Positions 30,325-41,227 are shown, numbered from the stretch's first letter. The stretch is DNA of 64,000 nucleotides from Thioalkalivibrio sp. (GCF_007692535.1 NZ_REBW01000113.1:3762-67761); one strand, 5' to 3'. The notes: generated by a model not told the origin, from the sequence alone. Numbers and translations are program-made.

Positions 30325-31837
30325 AGGCTGGATCCGGGGACGGTGCGCGGATGGCCGCGGCCTGACTGCGGCGGGCGGTATCCAGGCGCCGGATGAAGTC
30401 CTCCATCACGGTCCTGTACAGGGCCTCGCCCAGGATCTTGTCCTCGACGCCGGCATCCAGGTTGGGGTTGTCATTGACCTCGATGACCATCACGCCGCGT
30501 TCGGTCAGCTTCAGGTCGACGCCGTAGAGCCCGTCTCCGATCAGGTTGGCGGCCTTCACTGCGGTACGCACCACAGCGGCCGGGGCTGCGCCGATGTCCA
30601 CGGTATGGAAGCCCCCATGGCGCGGCCCGCCCTTGGCCTCGTGGTTCACGATCTGCCAATGCTTGCGCGACATCAGATATTGCGAGGCATAAAGCGGCTT
30701 CTTGTTCAGCACGCCGATGCGCCAATCGAACTCGGTGTACACGAATTCCTGCGCCAGGATCAGGTCGCTCTCCTTCAGCAGCTTCTTCGCGATCGACTCC
30801 AGCTCGGAACGCGTACTCGCCTTGAACACCCCGCGCGAGAAACTCCCGTCCGGGATTTTCAGAACCACCGGGTAGCCGATCAGCTCCTCGGCGCGCAGGA
30901 TCGTGTCACGGTTCAGGATCACCGTCTTTGGCGTCGGCAGCTTCTGCGCCGCCAGGCGCTCGGCCAGGTAGACCTTGTTGGTGCAACGGAGAATGGAGTT
31001 CGGATCGTCGATCACCACCATGCGCTCGGCCTCGGCCTTGCGCGCGAAGCGGTAGGTGTAATGGTCGATCCGCGTCGTCTCCCGGATGAACAGGGCGTCG
31101 AACTCGGCCAGACGCCCGAAGTCGCGCGCCTGGATGAGTTCGACATCGACCCCGAGCGCGCGTCCGGCCCGCACGAAACGGGTCAGCGCTGCCGGACTCG
31201 ACGGCGCGAGCTGTTCCTCCGGATTGTGCAGAATGGCCAGATCGTAACGATGACTCCTGGCCCCCCGCGGCGGCCGGCGCCAGGGCTTTTTCAGGTAACC
31301 ATCCAGCGCGCTGAAGAACTCGCCCTCCTGGGCCGACGTCAGGGAGTTCAGTGCAAACGGCTTCAGCGCGTGAATCTGCCACTGGCCCTGCAGGCGAAAC
31401 TCGACCTTGAACATCGGCGCCGGGAACAGGCTGAACAGCTGTCCGGCAATCTCCTGCATCTCCCTGGGTGCGCACTGGCCGAAGAACACCGTCAGTTCCA
31501 GCACGATGGGCTGCAGGCCGACACGGCTGCGGCCGAGCACCCTGGCGACCTTGCGGTCGATGCCTTCCGTATCCAGGCTGTAGATGGCCTTGCGCGACAG
31601 ATCCTGCAGGGTGCGGACGCTGGGAACGACCCGGTGTCCGCGCGCCTCCGCGAGCAGCGAGCCGTAATAACCCTCGGAGAGATAACGCTGGCTGCGACAG
31701 AGATTGATCACGCGGAGATTGGGCGGATAGGCCTCGGCAGGCTCCTTCAGGTAGTCGTCGATCGCAGCCACCGGCAGATCCGGGAAATGCTCCTTCCAGT
31801 CGGCCTTGCGTTCGACCAGCAGCAGGTGTTCAGACAT
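30323..31837 (-). CDS. RimK-like ATP-grasp ligase with N-terminal RLAN domain
   Basis: INLCRSQRYLSEGYYGSLLAEARGH, VVLKIPDGSFSRGV, AQEF, DWRIGVL, YGVDLK, VIEVNDNPN. Confidence 0.88.
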   Translation of the reverse strand: MSEHLLLVERKADWKEHFPDLPVAAIDDYLKEPAEAYPPNLRVINLCRSQRYLSEGYYGSLLAEARGHRVVPSVRTLQDLSRKAIYSLDTEGIDRKVARVLGRSRVGLQPIVLELTVFFGQCAPREMQEIAGQLFSLFPAPMFKVEFRLQGQWQIHALKPFALNSLTSAQEGEFFSALDGYLKKPWRRPPRGARSHRYDLAILHNPEEQLAPSSPAALTRFVRAGRALGVDVELIQARDFGRLAEFDALFIRETTRIDHYTYRFARKAEAERMVVIDDPNSILRCTNKVYLAERLAAQKLPTPKTVILNRDTILRAEELIGYPVVLKIPDGSFSRGVFKASTRSELESIAKKLLKESDLILAQEFVYTEFDWRIGVLNKKPLYASQYLMSRKHWQIVNHEAKGGPRHGGFHTVDIGAAPAAVVRTAVKAANLIGDGLYGVDLKLTERGVMVIEVNDNPNLDAGVEDKILGEALYRTVMEDFIRRLDTARRSQAAAIRAPSPDPA

Positions 31838-33047
31838 GCGTTGCAACTCCGGCGGCGTCCCGCGGCCCGACGATCACGGCCGCCTGAAGACCGGCACGAC
31901 CGTAACGTGCCATGCGCTCGAAATCACGGCGCAGGATGGGCATGTTCACCGAGTCCAGCGCGCGCTCGCCTTCATCGACGTCGACCAGGGGGTCGTGCAC
32001 ATAGATGAAGCGATCGTCGAAGCCCGTCACGGTGACCCAGTGCGGGAAGCGTTCCGCGTAGATCCGAACGCTGCTGATCAGCACCACCGGCACCCGACCG
32101 GCATGGAACCGCGCCTCGAGCCCGGCAACGTTCACCGGCCCCTGGATGATGGGCACGCGGAGCTGCTCCAGTTCCTCCACCATGTCTTCCTGGACCAGTC
32201 GCATCACCCGTTTTTTCTCCTCGCTGCGCACCGAATCGAAGAAGGCCACGCCGCTGTCCCGAACCAGCAGTTCCACTGCGTGACCGCGGTGCGCGGCAGC
32301 CAGCGCCAGGCCGTACGGGCCGCAGCCGCCGTGGCCAGAGGTCATGAAGATCGTTGTCGCTTCGCGCCACAGGCGCAATTCCAGCCGCCGGTCGAGCTTC
32401 AGCGCCGGGTCGAGCGCCCGCATGGCCATCATCAACGCGGCGGGACCGCAGGTGAAGTCCAGGGTCTGCGCGTAATAAGGCGCCCGAACCAGGGCCGGAT
32501 CGGGTCCCGGGGCCAGCGACTTCTGCAGTCGCAGCGCACCCATGTGATCTTCGTAATAGTCCTCGATGGTGCCGAATTCACGGAAGCCCATGCCACGAAA
32601 GAGGGCCAGGCTTACGGGGTTGTCACGACGCACCTCCAGGCGCAGGTCGGCGCAGCCGTTCCGGCTCGCCACCTCCTCGGCGGCGTGCACCAGTTCCCGC
32701 CCGAGTCCCATGCCTCTGACCGCGTCGCCCACGGCGACCGAGTACAGGCGGGCCAGCGAGGTTCCGCGGCTGAACAGCAGCATCACGTAACCCAGCAGCC
32801 CCCGACCCAGGGGATCGGGAGCCACCAGTGTCCGGGCATGGCCCCGGGTCAGCAGGTAGCGGAACTGGCGACGCGAGATCCGGTCGCCCTGGAAGGCTGC
32901 CTGCTCCAGTGCGACCAGCGCATCCACGTCCTGGACCCCCGCCTCGCGGATGGTCACGCTCCCCGGAGCCAGGCCATCATCGCGAGCAACCGGGACCTTC
33001 GGTATCCCTGCAGAATGCTCCGGAATCCGGGCCTTTCCCGTCGTCAT
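31830..33047 (-). CDS. GNAT acetyltransferase fused to a peptidase C39-like (DUF3335-type) domain
   Basis: GNAT RLYSVAV...GMGLGREL, LRLEVRRDN; then YYAQTLDFTCGPA (Gln/Cys), PHWV (His), VHDP (Asp); SD GAGGAG; overlaps the next gene. Confidence 0.85.
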   Translation of the reverse strand: MTTGKARIPEHSAGIPKVPVARDDGLAPGSVTIREAGVQDVDALVALEQAAFQGDRISRRQFRYLLTRGHARTLVAPDPLGRGLLGYVMLLFSRGTSLARLYSVAVGDAVRGMGLGRELVHAAEEVASRNGCADLRLEVRRDNPVSLALFRGMGFREFGTIEDYYEDHMGALRLQKSLAPGPDPALVRAPYYAQTLDFTCGPAALMMAMRALDPALKLDRRLELRLWREATTIFMTSGHGGCGPYGLALAAAHRGHAVELLVRDSGVAFFDSVRSEEKKRVMRLVQEDMVEELEQLRVPIIQGPVNVAGLEARFHAGRVPVVLISSVRIYAERFPHWVTVTGFDDRFIYVHDPLVDVDEGERALDSVNMPILRRDFERMARYGRAGLQAAVIVGPRDAAGVATHV

Positions 33048-33239
33048 GGCTCCTCGCACGGACTGGCGACCATCATGGTCCCCATTCTATCCCATCCAAA
33101 GAGGTCCAAAGCCCGCCCACCGCAGGCTTCGCTGGCAGGACATTGCCACCGGTTGCACCCCGGGCGCAGCGGTCACGAGCGAACGAACCGGCTTCGTTCG
33201 TCGGTCATGCCGCCCCGAGCTGCGCGTTTTCGGGTGCCG

Positions 33240-33350
33240 TCATTGCGTCCGGTTGCCGTCATTGCGCTCCGGCACCATCAGACGGACGGTCATACCACCG
33301 ATCGCAAGGGCCGCCATGATGCCCAGCAAGGTAAAATTGTCGAAATGCAT
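33240..33350 (-). CDS. Small 36-aa protein with one hydrophobic segment
   Basis: MHFDNFTLLGIMAALAIGGMTVRLMVPERNDGNRTQ; SD AGGAG 8 nt before the ATG; lies in a true intergenic gap. Confidence 0.55.
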   Translation of the reverse strand: MHFDNFTLLGIMAALAIGGMTVRLMVPERNDGNRTQ

Positions 33351-33515
33351 AATGAGTTCTCCTGTAATTTGGCTTCGTATCGAATGATGTTCACGGTATC
33401 CCGCTGGGTCGGCCCGAGCGCCGCGGTTGGCGAACAGTCCGCTTCCTGACGCAGTCACCATGTACAGCTTCCACCATACGGGCCAACCATTTCATTAGAA
33501 TGTCCTGATATGCTT

Positions 33516-33535
33516 AATATGTAACAGTGTGTTTC
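33516..33535 (-). promoter_or_regulatory. Candidate OmpR-family tandem binding box
   Basis: Minus strand GAAACACACT-GTTACATATT, two G-N-N-ACA half-sites 10 bp apart, resembling E. coli OmpR sites as recalled. Confidence 0.5.
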
Positions 33536-33570
33536 ACCGCCTTGTTTCTTGCGCTACCCAGGAAGGACCC

Positions 33571-34296
33571 ATGGAAACGACCAGCCCCGCCCGAATTCTT
33601 GTGGTCGACGACGATCCGGGACTGCGCGATCTGCTGCAGCGCTATCTCGAAGAACAGGGCTATGAAGTCACCGCCGTCCGGGACGGCGTGGCGATGGATG
33701 CCGCACTCTCGAAGGCGGCGTTCGACCTGCTGATTCTCGACCTCATGCTGCCGGGCGAAGACGGGCTCTCGCTGTTGCGCAGGCTGGTCACACGGAATGC
33801 GCTGCCGGTGATCATCGTCTCGGCGCGTGGCGAGGACATCGACCGGATCGTCGGCCTGGAGGTGGGCGCCGACGACTACATCGCCAAGCCGTTCAACCCG
33901 CGGGAGCTCCTTGCGCGCGTCCGGGCCGTGCTGAGGCGGGGCTCGTCCATGGTCGACGAGGACGAGACCCTTGGGGATGTCCACCGCTTTGGGCCGTACG
34001 AGATGCAATTGGCGTCCCAGCGCCTGCTCCGCGCCGGCGAGGAGGTACCTCTGACCACGGGCGAATTCACCCTGCTCCGGGTCCTGGTCGAACACCCTCA
34101 GCGCGTTCTCGATCGCAACACCCTTCTCGACCTGATCAAGGGCTATGAACATCAGCCCTTCGATCGCAGCATCGATGTGCGGGTGGCCCGTCTGCGGCGC
34201 AAGATCGAGGACGATGCCGGCAACCCGCGCTACATCCGGACCGTGTGGGGGCGCGGCTACCTATTCGCCCCGGACGGCAGCGAGGTCACGACATGA
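33571..34296 (+). CDS. OmpR-family response regulator (OmpR/AmgR-like)
   Basis: LVVDDD, DLLILDLMLPGEDG, GADDYIAKPFNPRELLAR, winged helix with RSIDVRVARLRRKIE, TVWGRGY. Confidence 0.93.
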   Translation: METTSPARILVVDDDPGLRDLLQRYLEEQGYEVTAVRDGVAMDAALSKAAFDLLILDLMLPGEDGLSLLRRLVTRNALPVIIVSARGEDIDRIVGLEVGADDYIAKPFNPRELLARVRAVLRRGSSMVDEDETLGDVHRFGPYEMQLASQRLLRAGEEVPLTTGEFTLLRVLVEHPQRVLDRNTLLDLIKGYEHQPFDRSIDVRVARLRRKIEDDAGNPRYIRTVWGRGYLFAPDGSEVTT

Positions 34297-35639
34297 ACGC
34301 CCCGAGAACCCTCATGCCAAGTTCGATCTTCCTGCGCACCACGGGTACCCTGCTGATCGCCTTTCTCACCTTTGCGATCCTGATCCTGGCATCGGTCGCC
34401 CACTTCACCATCATTCCCCTGGCCAGGAGCGCGGGCGACGATCTCGCGGCGCTGATGCTGCTCTCGGCACGCAGCTGGACCGAGATCCCGCCGCAGGCAC
34501 GCGGCGACTTCAATGATCGCCTGTATCGCAACCACGGCCTGCACATCACGGAACGCACCGAAGCGATACCGCCAGGGGACAAGCTGCCGCTGCCCTACCT
34601 GGAGTTCGTCGAGCAATCCCTTTCACGCCGGGCCGGCTTCGATCTCCCCCTGCAGCCGCAGATGCGTGAAGGCGAGCAATGGTTTTGGGCGGATTTGTCC
34701 TTCGGCGGCCAGAGCCTGCGCATCGGGTTCCCGCTCGACCGTGTCGAGACACGGCATGTCGAGGGCGTTCTGGCCGTCGGCATCATTACCGTGTTGCTGG
34801 TCCTGGTGACCTCCGTGTTCATGGCCGGACGTACCACGCGGCGGATACGCCTGCTGTCTGCCGCGGTCGCAGACGTAACGCATGGGCAGCTGCCAGAGCC
34901 ATTGCCCGAGAAGGGGGCCCATGAGGTCAGGACACTGGCCCGGAACTTCAACCACATGGCGCAGGAGGTGCGCGACCTGCTCGCGAACCGGACCACGCTG
35001 CTGGCCGGTATCTCGCACGATCTGCGGACGCCGCTGACCCGCATGCGCCTGTCGCTCGAGATGCTCCGCGAGGTCCAGGATCCAAAGCTGATCGACGGTC
35101 TCTGCAAGGATCTCGAGGTCATGGACCGCATCATCGGACAGACGCTGGCGCTCAGTCGTGACCTGGAGATGCGTGAAGAGAAGACGGTGGACCTCGTGGC
35201 GCTGGTCGAACAGGTCGCTGCGGACGCAGGTCGCACCGACGCCGACATCCGCTTGAGCAGGGTGGCCAGGATCTGCCTACGGCAGATCAACCCCCTCGCC
35301 CTGCAGCGCGTACTGTCCAACCTCGTGGAAAATGCCGTCCGCTACGGCGAAGGCAAGCCCGTGGACGTGTTGCTGGAGTGCGCCCCGACGGTGGTCATCC
35401 ACGTGATGGACCGCGGCCCCGGCATTCCGGCAGAACAGCTCGAGGCCGTATTTCGGCCGTTCCATCGGCTGGACAGCTCCCGCAGCGCACAGACGGGTGG
35501 CAGCGGTCTCGGGCTTGCCATCACCCGGCAATTGGCCAATGCCAACGGCTGGTCGGTGACTTTGCACGCGCGCGAGGGCGGGGGCACCGAGGCCCGCGTT
35601 CTGCTGCCGGCCGACCAAGGCCGGAAGTCGAGGGCATAA
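34293..35639 (+). CDS. EnvZ-like sensor histidine kinase
   Basis: Two TM segments, HAMP, ISHDLRTPLTR (H-box), NLVENA, DRGPGI, GGSGLGL. Confidence 0.92.
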   Translation: MNAPRTLMPSSIFLRTTGTLLIAFLTFAILILASVAHFTIIPLARSAGDDLAALMLLSARSWTEIPPQARGDFNDRLYRNHGLHITERTEAIPPGDKLPLPYLEFVEQSLSRRAGFDLPLQPQMREGEQWFWADLSFGGQSLRIGFPLDRVETRHVEGVLAVGIITVLLVLVTSVFMAGRTTRRIRLLSAAVADVTHGQLPEPLPEKGAHEVRTLARNFNHMAQEVRDLLANRTTLLAGISHDLRTPLTRMRLSLEMLREVQDPKLIDGLCKDLEVMDRIIGQTLALSRDLEMREEKTVDLVALVEQVAADAGRTDADIRLSRVARICLRQINPLALQRVLSNLVENAVRYGEGKPVDVLLECAPTVVIHVMDRGPGIPAEQLEAVFRPFHRLDSSRSAQTGGSGLGLAITRQLANANGWSVTLHAREGGGTEARVLLPADQGRKSRA

Positions 35640-35887
35640 CGCCCTGCATATTGATCGCGGCGCTGCATGGCGCGGACCTCTCGCGGCACATCCCCTCGCG
35701 GCGCTTGCGGCTCTCGACGTCTTCGTTGGCTGCCTCCTTGCAATCGATGACCGGCTCCTTCGCTTTCTCCTGCCGGCAAGCCTACGCCGGATGTTCGCGG
35801 TCATGTGTTGCCCCGGCGCTCGATTCGGGCAGAATGGGTGGGCGCGCGACATTCCCAGGGGCCGGCGGAACGGCGGATCGACGAGAC

Positions 35888-37210
35888 ATGGACAACGACC
35901 AGCAACAGACCGGGCTCGACTGGTTTCGCGCCGCGGTGCCCTACGTGGCAGCGCATCGGGACCGGACGATGGTTATCGCCATCGCCGGGGAGGCCGCGCA
36001 GGCGCCGGAGTTTCCGGCACTGCTGCGCGACATCGCGCAATTGCGGGCATTGGGCCCCCGCGTGGTGCTGGTGCACGGGGCGCGCCCGCAGATCGAGGCC
36101 CGCCTGCGCGAACGCGGACTTGCACCGCGCTATGCGCAGGGATTGCGTGTCACCGACGCGCAGGCGCTGGAAGCGGTCTGTGACGCGGCGGGGCGCCTGC
36201 GCCTGCACATCGAGGGGCTGCTATCGCGCAACCTGGGGAGCCCCAGCGCGGTCGGCACCCGACTGCGCGTGGCCAGCGGCAATTTCGTCACCGCACGACC
36301 GCTTGGGGTGCGCGGCGGGGTGGACTTCCAGTTCACCGGCGAGGTACGAAGGGTGGACACCCTGGCGATCGAGCGTCTGCTCGACGACGGGCAGATCGTG
36401 CTGCTCTCGCCGCTCGGGTACTCCCCGACCGGCGAGGTCTTCAACCTTTCCGGCGAAGACGTGGCCACGCAGGTCGCGCTCGCGCTGAAGGCGGACAAGC
36501 TCGTCTTCCTGACGGAGGCTGGGCCCCTGCGCGACCAGCACCACGACACCCTGGCACAACTCACCGTTCCCGCCGCCGAGCGACTTCTCGCCGGCGACCG
36601 GCGGCTTCCGGAGGAACTGGCCAGCCACCTGCGCAGCGCGGTCGAGGTCTGCTCGATCCGCGATCTGCGCGTGCACCTCGTGGACCGGCACATCGACGGC
36701 GGGCTGCTGATCGAACTGTTCTCACGTCGGGGCATCGGGACGCTGGTGAGCCGCGAGCCCGTGGAACGGCTGCGCGCCGCGACCATGGACGACGTCGGCG
36801 GCATCTTCGACCTGGTCCAGCCACTCGAGAGCGAGGGTATCCTGGTCCGTCGCTCACGCGAACACCTGGAGCTGGAAATCGACTGCTTCCAGGTGCTGGA
36901 CGCCGATGGGCTGATCATCGGCACGGCAGCACTCTATGCGTTCCCCGAGGCCGGGACCGCCGAGATCGCCTGCCTGGCCCTGCATCCCGATTATCGGGGC
37001 GGTGGACGCGGGGACCAGATCCTGGAACACATGGAGGCGCTGGCGCTGAGGCGGGGGCACCGCCGCGTCTTCGTGCTGACGACCCGCACCGCGCACTGGT
37101 TCCAGGAGCGGGATTACGAGCAGGGCAGTGTCACGGACCTCCCTCCCGCACGACAGGCCCTGTACAACCAGGCCCGCAACTCCAGGGTCTTCGTCAAGAA
37201 CCTGGCCTGA
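35888..37210 (+). CDS. argA: Amino-acid N-acetyltransferase
   Basis: WFR.AVPYV..HR, LVHGARPQI, SPLGYSPTGEVFNL kinase-like domain plus GNAT (LTTRTAHWFQER, YNQARNSRV). Confidence 0.96.
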   Translation: MDNDQQQTGLDWFRAAVPYVAAHRDRTMVIAIAGEAAQAPEFPALLRDIAQLRALGPRVVLVHGARPQIEARLRERGLAPRYAQGLRVTDAQALEAVCDAAGRLRLHIEGLLSRNLGSPSAVGTRLRVASGNFVTARPLGVRGGVDFQFTGEVRRVDTLAIERLLDDGQIVLLSPLGYSPTGEVFNLSGEDVATQVALALKADKLVFLTEAGPLRDQHHDTLAQLTVPAAERLLAGDRRLPEELASHLRSAVEVCSIRDLRVHLVDRHIDGGLLIELFSRRGIGTLVSREPVERLRAATMDDVGGIFDLVQPLESEGILVRRSREHLELEIDCFQVLDADGLIIGTAALYAFPEAGTAEIACLALHPDYRGGGRGDQILEHMEALALRRGHRRVFVLTTRTAHWFQERDYEQGSVTDLPPARQALYNQARNSRVFVKNLA

Positions 37211-37224
37211 CGCAAGCAGCGAGA

Positions 37225-37448
37225 CTACCGTTTGCGGCGCTCCATCGCCAGTCCCGTAGGTCGGGTTAGCGAAGCGTAACCCGACGTGCCGGGGACGACG
37301 CTGCCGCGCAGCCATGCGTGGACGCGAGACCCGTCGGGTTACGCCCTTCGGGCTAACCCGACCTACCGTTTGCGGCGCTCCATCGCCAGTCCCGTAGGTC
37401 GGGTTAGCGAAGCGTAACCCGACGTGCCGTTTTGCGGCGCTCCATCGT
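37225..37448. repeat. GTAG-type REP cluster (family A, 3 copies) within a ~65-bp direct repeat
   Basis: GTAGGTCGGGTTAGCGAAGCGTAACCCGAC at 37256-37285 and 37394-37423; inverted copy at 37333-37366; the flank GTTTGCGGCGCTCCATCG is repeated. Confidence 0.85.
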
Positions 37449-37473
37449 CCGGGGTGGCGCAGGGCCATGAAAG

Positions 37474-38277
37474 TCAGCGCCGGCCAGCGCGCAGACGGTC
37501 GAGGCGCAGGCGCGAACGGTGGTCGAACAGGCGCCGGCAGGCGAACCAGACGGCACCCAGGGCACCGAAACCGGTGCCGGCAGCGATCAGGAACATGATC
37601 AGGATCTGGTATTTCACCGCCTCCACCGGTGGCACGCCGGCGAGGATCTGGCCGGTCATCATGCCTGGCAGACTCACCACCCCGGCGGCCGCCATCGCAT
37701 TGATCGTCGGCATCAGGCCGCTACGCGAGGCCTCGCGACGCATGGTCGCGGTGGCGTTCACCCAGGACTCTCCGAGCGCCAGACGGCCCTCGATCACGCG
37801 CCGTTCCCGCCACACCGTCTGCGTCAACCGGTCCAGCCCCAGTGCAATGCCGGTCATCGTGTTCCCGAGCAGCATACCCAGCAGAGGGATCGCATACTGC
37901 GGCTCCCACCACGGCGTCGGACCGACCATCGTCGTCAGCGCAAGCACGGTCACCGCGAAGGCAGACACGAACATCGTCGCCGCGCCGATGCCATAGCCCC
38001 AGAACCCGGCGAAGCGCCGTTCCTGCCGCGCCATCACCTCGTACCCGGCGACGGCCAGCATCACCAGCGCCATCAACGCCACCCAACCCAGTCGGGCGTG
38101 ATCGAACAGCGCCTGCAGCACCAGGCCGACCAGGAGCAGCTGCAATACCGTGCGGGCGGACGCGATCAACAGGCTGCGGCCGACACCCAATCGCGCCCAC
38201 AGCGTCAAGGCTGCCAGCGCGAGCACCAGCAGCGCCGCCAGGGCAAGATCGAGCGCACTGAGGCTGATCACGGTCAT
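37474..38277 (-). CDS. ABC transporter permease, UPF0014/FetB-like
   Basis: RTVLQLLLVGLVL, IPLLGMLLGNTM, VVSLPGMMTGQILAG..P..AVKYQI. Confidence 0.88.
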   Translation of the reverse strand: MTVISLSALDLALAALLVLALAALTLWARLGVGRSLLIASARTVLQLLLVGLVLQALFDHARLGWVALMALVMLAVAGYEVMARQERRFAGFWGYGIGAATMFVSAFAVTVLALTTMVGPTPWWEPQYAIPLLGMLLGNTMTGIALGLDRLTQTVWRERRVIEGRLALGESWVNATATMRREASRSGLMPTINAMAAAGVVSLPGMMTGQILAGVPPVEAVKYQILIMFLIAAGTGFGALGAVWFACRRLFDHRSRLRLDRLRAGRR

Positions 38278-38343
38278 CGCGGATCCTGATGATCACGAAG
38301 GCGCTGCCGGTGGTCGGGTTCGTGTTGTCTGAAGGGGCGCGGC

Positions 38344-38410
38344 TGCAGGAGGCCAGCCCCTGGCCGATGGGCCTCCCGGCGCCAGATCGGCGAGAGGGCT
38401 CGCCTCCTAC
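38344..38410. repeat. REP family C doublet (REPIN-like)
   Basis: GAGGCCAGCCCCTGGCCGATGGG...CCAGATCGGCGAGAGGGCTCGCCTCCTAC; near copy at 41374-41439. Confidence 0.7.
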
Positions 38411-38587
38411 GAAAGAAGGCTGATGCGGAGGGTGCGTTTTGCACGACAGAACGGCCTGTGGAGCTTGCGTGACCATCAGGTTGCGGATGGCTCCGGGGGC
38501 GTGCGCCCGGCGCCCGCGAGCGCCCGTGCGGGAGCGGTCGCTGCAGACCCCTGGAGGGCGGGGTCCAGGCAGGCATTCGGCCATCCG

Positions 38588-39196
38588 TCACGAATCCAGC
38601 CTCCCCGCGCGGATCTCGAGAATACGACCGCCCAGGCGGCTACGCTGCAGCGTGTCGTGGCTGACCCAGAGCGCCCCCGCAGCCTGCTCGGCCAGATACC
38701 CGCGCACCGCGCGCTCGATCCGCCGCGTGTTTTCGAGGTCGAGGTTCGCGGTCGGTTCGTCCAGCAGCAGGACCCGTGGATGATTCAGGAAGGCGCGCAG
38801 CAGGCCCAGGCGCTGCCGCTCTCCGCTGGAAAGCCGCTCGACCTCCCACTCCAGTGACTCTTCGGGCAACGAGAAACTGTACAGCCAGCTTTGGACCTCC
38901 CCGTGGATCCAGCCCGCCGGGAAATGCTCGGCGACCTGCGGCGCCCACCAGGCCGTTTCGGCAGGCACGTAGGCCACCTTCCGGCGCCAGTCGGTCGGAA
39001 TCAGGTCATCACGGTCCTGATCCTCGAGACGAACCCGGCCCCGATTCGGATCCAGATCCGCAATCGCCCTCAGCAGCAGCGACTTGCCGGAGCCCGATGC
39101 ACCGGTGATCTGCACCAGTTCACCCGGCTGCACGCACAGATCCACGGGGCCCAGATGCGCTGTCTCCAGGCCCTCGATTTCGAGCAGGCAGTCCAT
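38588..39196 (-). CDS. ABC transporter ATP-binding protein, FetA-like
   Basis: GASGSGKS, LSSGERQR, LLLDEPTANLD, SHD. Confidence 0.88.
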   Translation of the reverse strand: MDCLLEIEGLETAHLGPVDLCVQPGELVQITGASGSGKSLLLRAIADLDPNRGRVRLEDQDRDDLIPTDWRRKVAYVPAETAWWAPQVAEHFPAGWIHGEVQSWLYSFSLPEESLEWEVERLSSGERQRLGLLRAFLNHPRVLLLDEPTANLDLENTRRIERAVRGYLAEQAAGALWVSHDTLQRSRLGGRILEIRAGRLDS

Positions 39197-39400
39197 GAGC
39201 ACCGCGGCCCCCCTCGTCGATCGCAGCCTTGGCCAAGGGGCGATTCTACCCCAGTCGGGGTGGGCACCCCTGCGGACAAGGCGCAGGAAAATCTGGAGGA
39301 ATCAATTCGAGCATCGCCACCGGGCGAGGCGATTCGGCACGGCAGCAAGGCACCGTCGTTCTTGGCATGCGTCGCAGGAGTGCGCCCATGCTGGGCGCAC

Positions 39401-39428
39401 AAAAAAAAGCGGGCGCTGTTGCGCCCGC
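39401..39428 (-). terminator. Rho-independent terminator of glnK-amtB
   Basis: Minus strand GCGGGCGC-AACA-GCGCCCGC followed by 8 T. Confidence 0.85.
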
Positions 39429-39527
39429 GAACCACCGATTTCAAGCCTGGGAGACTCTATATTCGGTGCTGGAGGAGACTCCTTTGGAATACCCGGCCTC
39501 GCTGGCCGGGCACCCCGGTTCGTGCTA

Positions 39528-40775
<1,248 letters not shown>

Positions 40776-40817
40776 AATCGGATTTCTCCAGTGTTAAGTG
40801 AGTTCAGTTGCCGCGCT

Positions 40818-41159
<342 letters not shown>

Positions 41160-41227
41160 TCACTCCTTTTCGATAGAGCCGGTGTGTCCACGGGGGACGA
41201 TTTGTGTCATTCAGACAGACGGGCTCT

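Noticed and set aside
35640-35887. Protein-like reading (EKAKEPVIDCKEAANEDVESRKRREG) on the minus strand between the kinase and argA
   Set aside because: No start codon or SD after the preceding in-frame stop, and the frame runs into the kinase gene.
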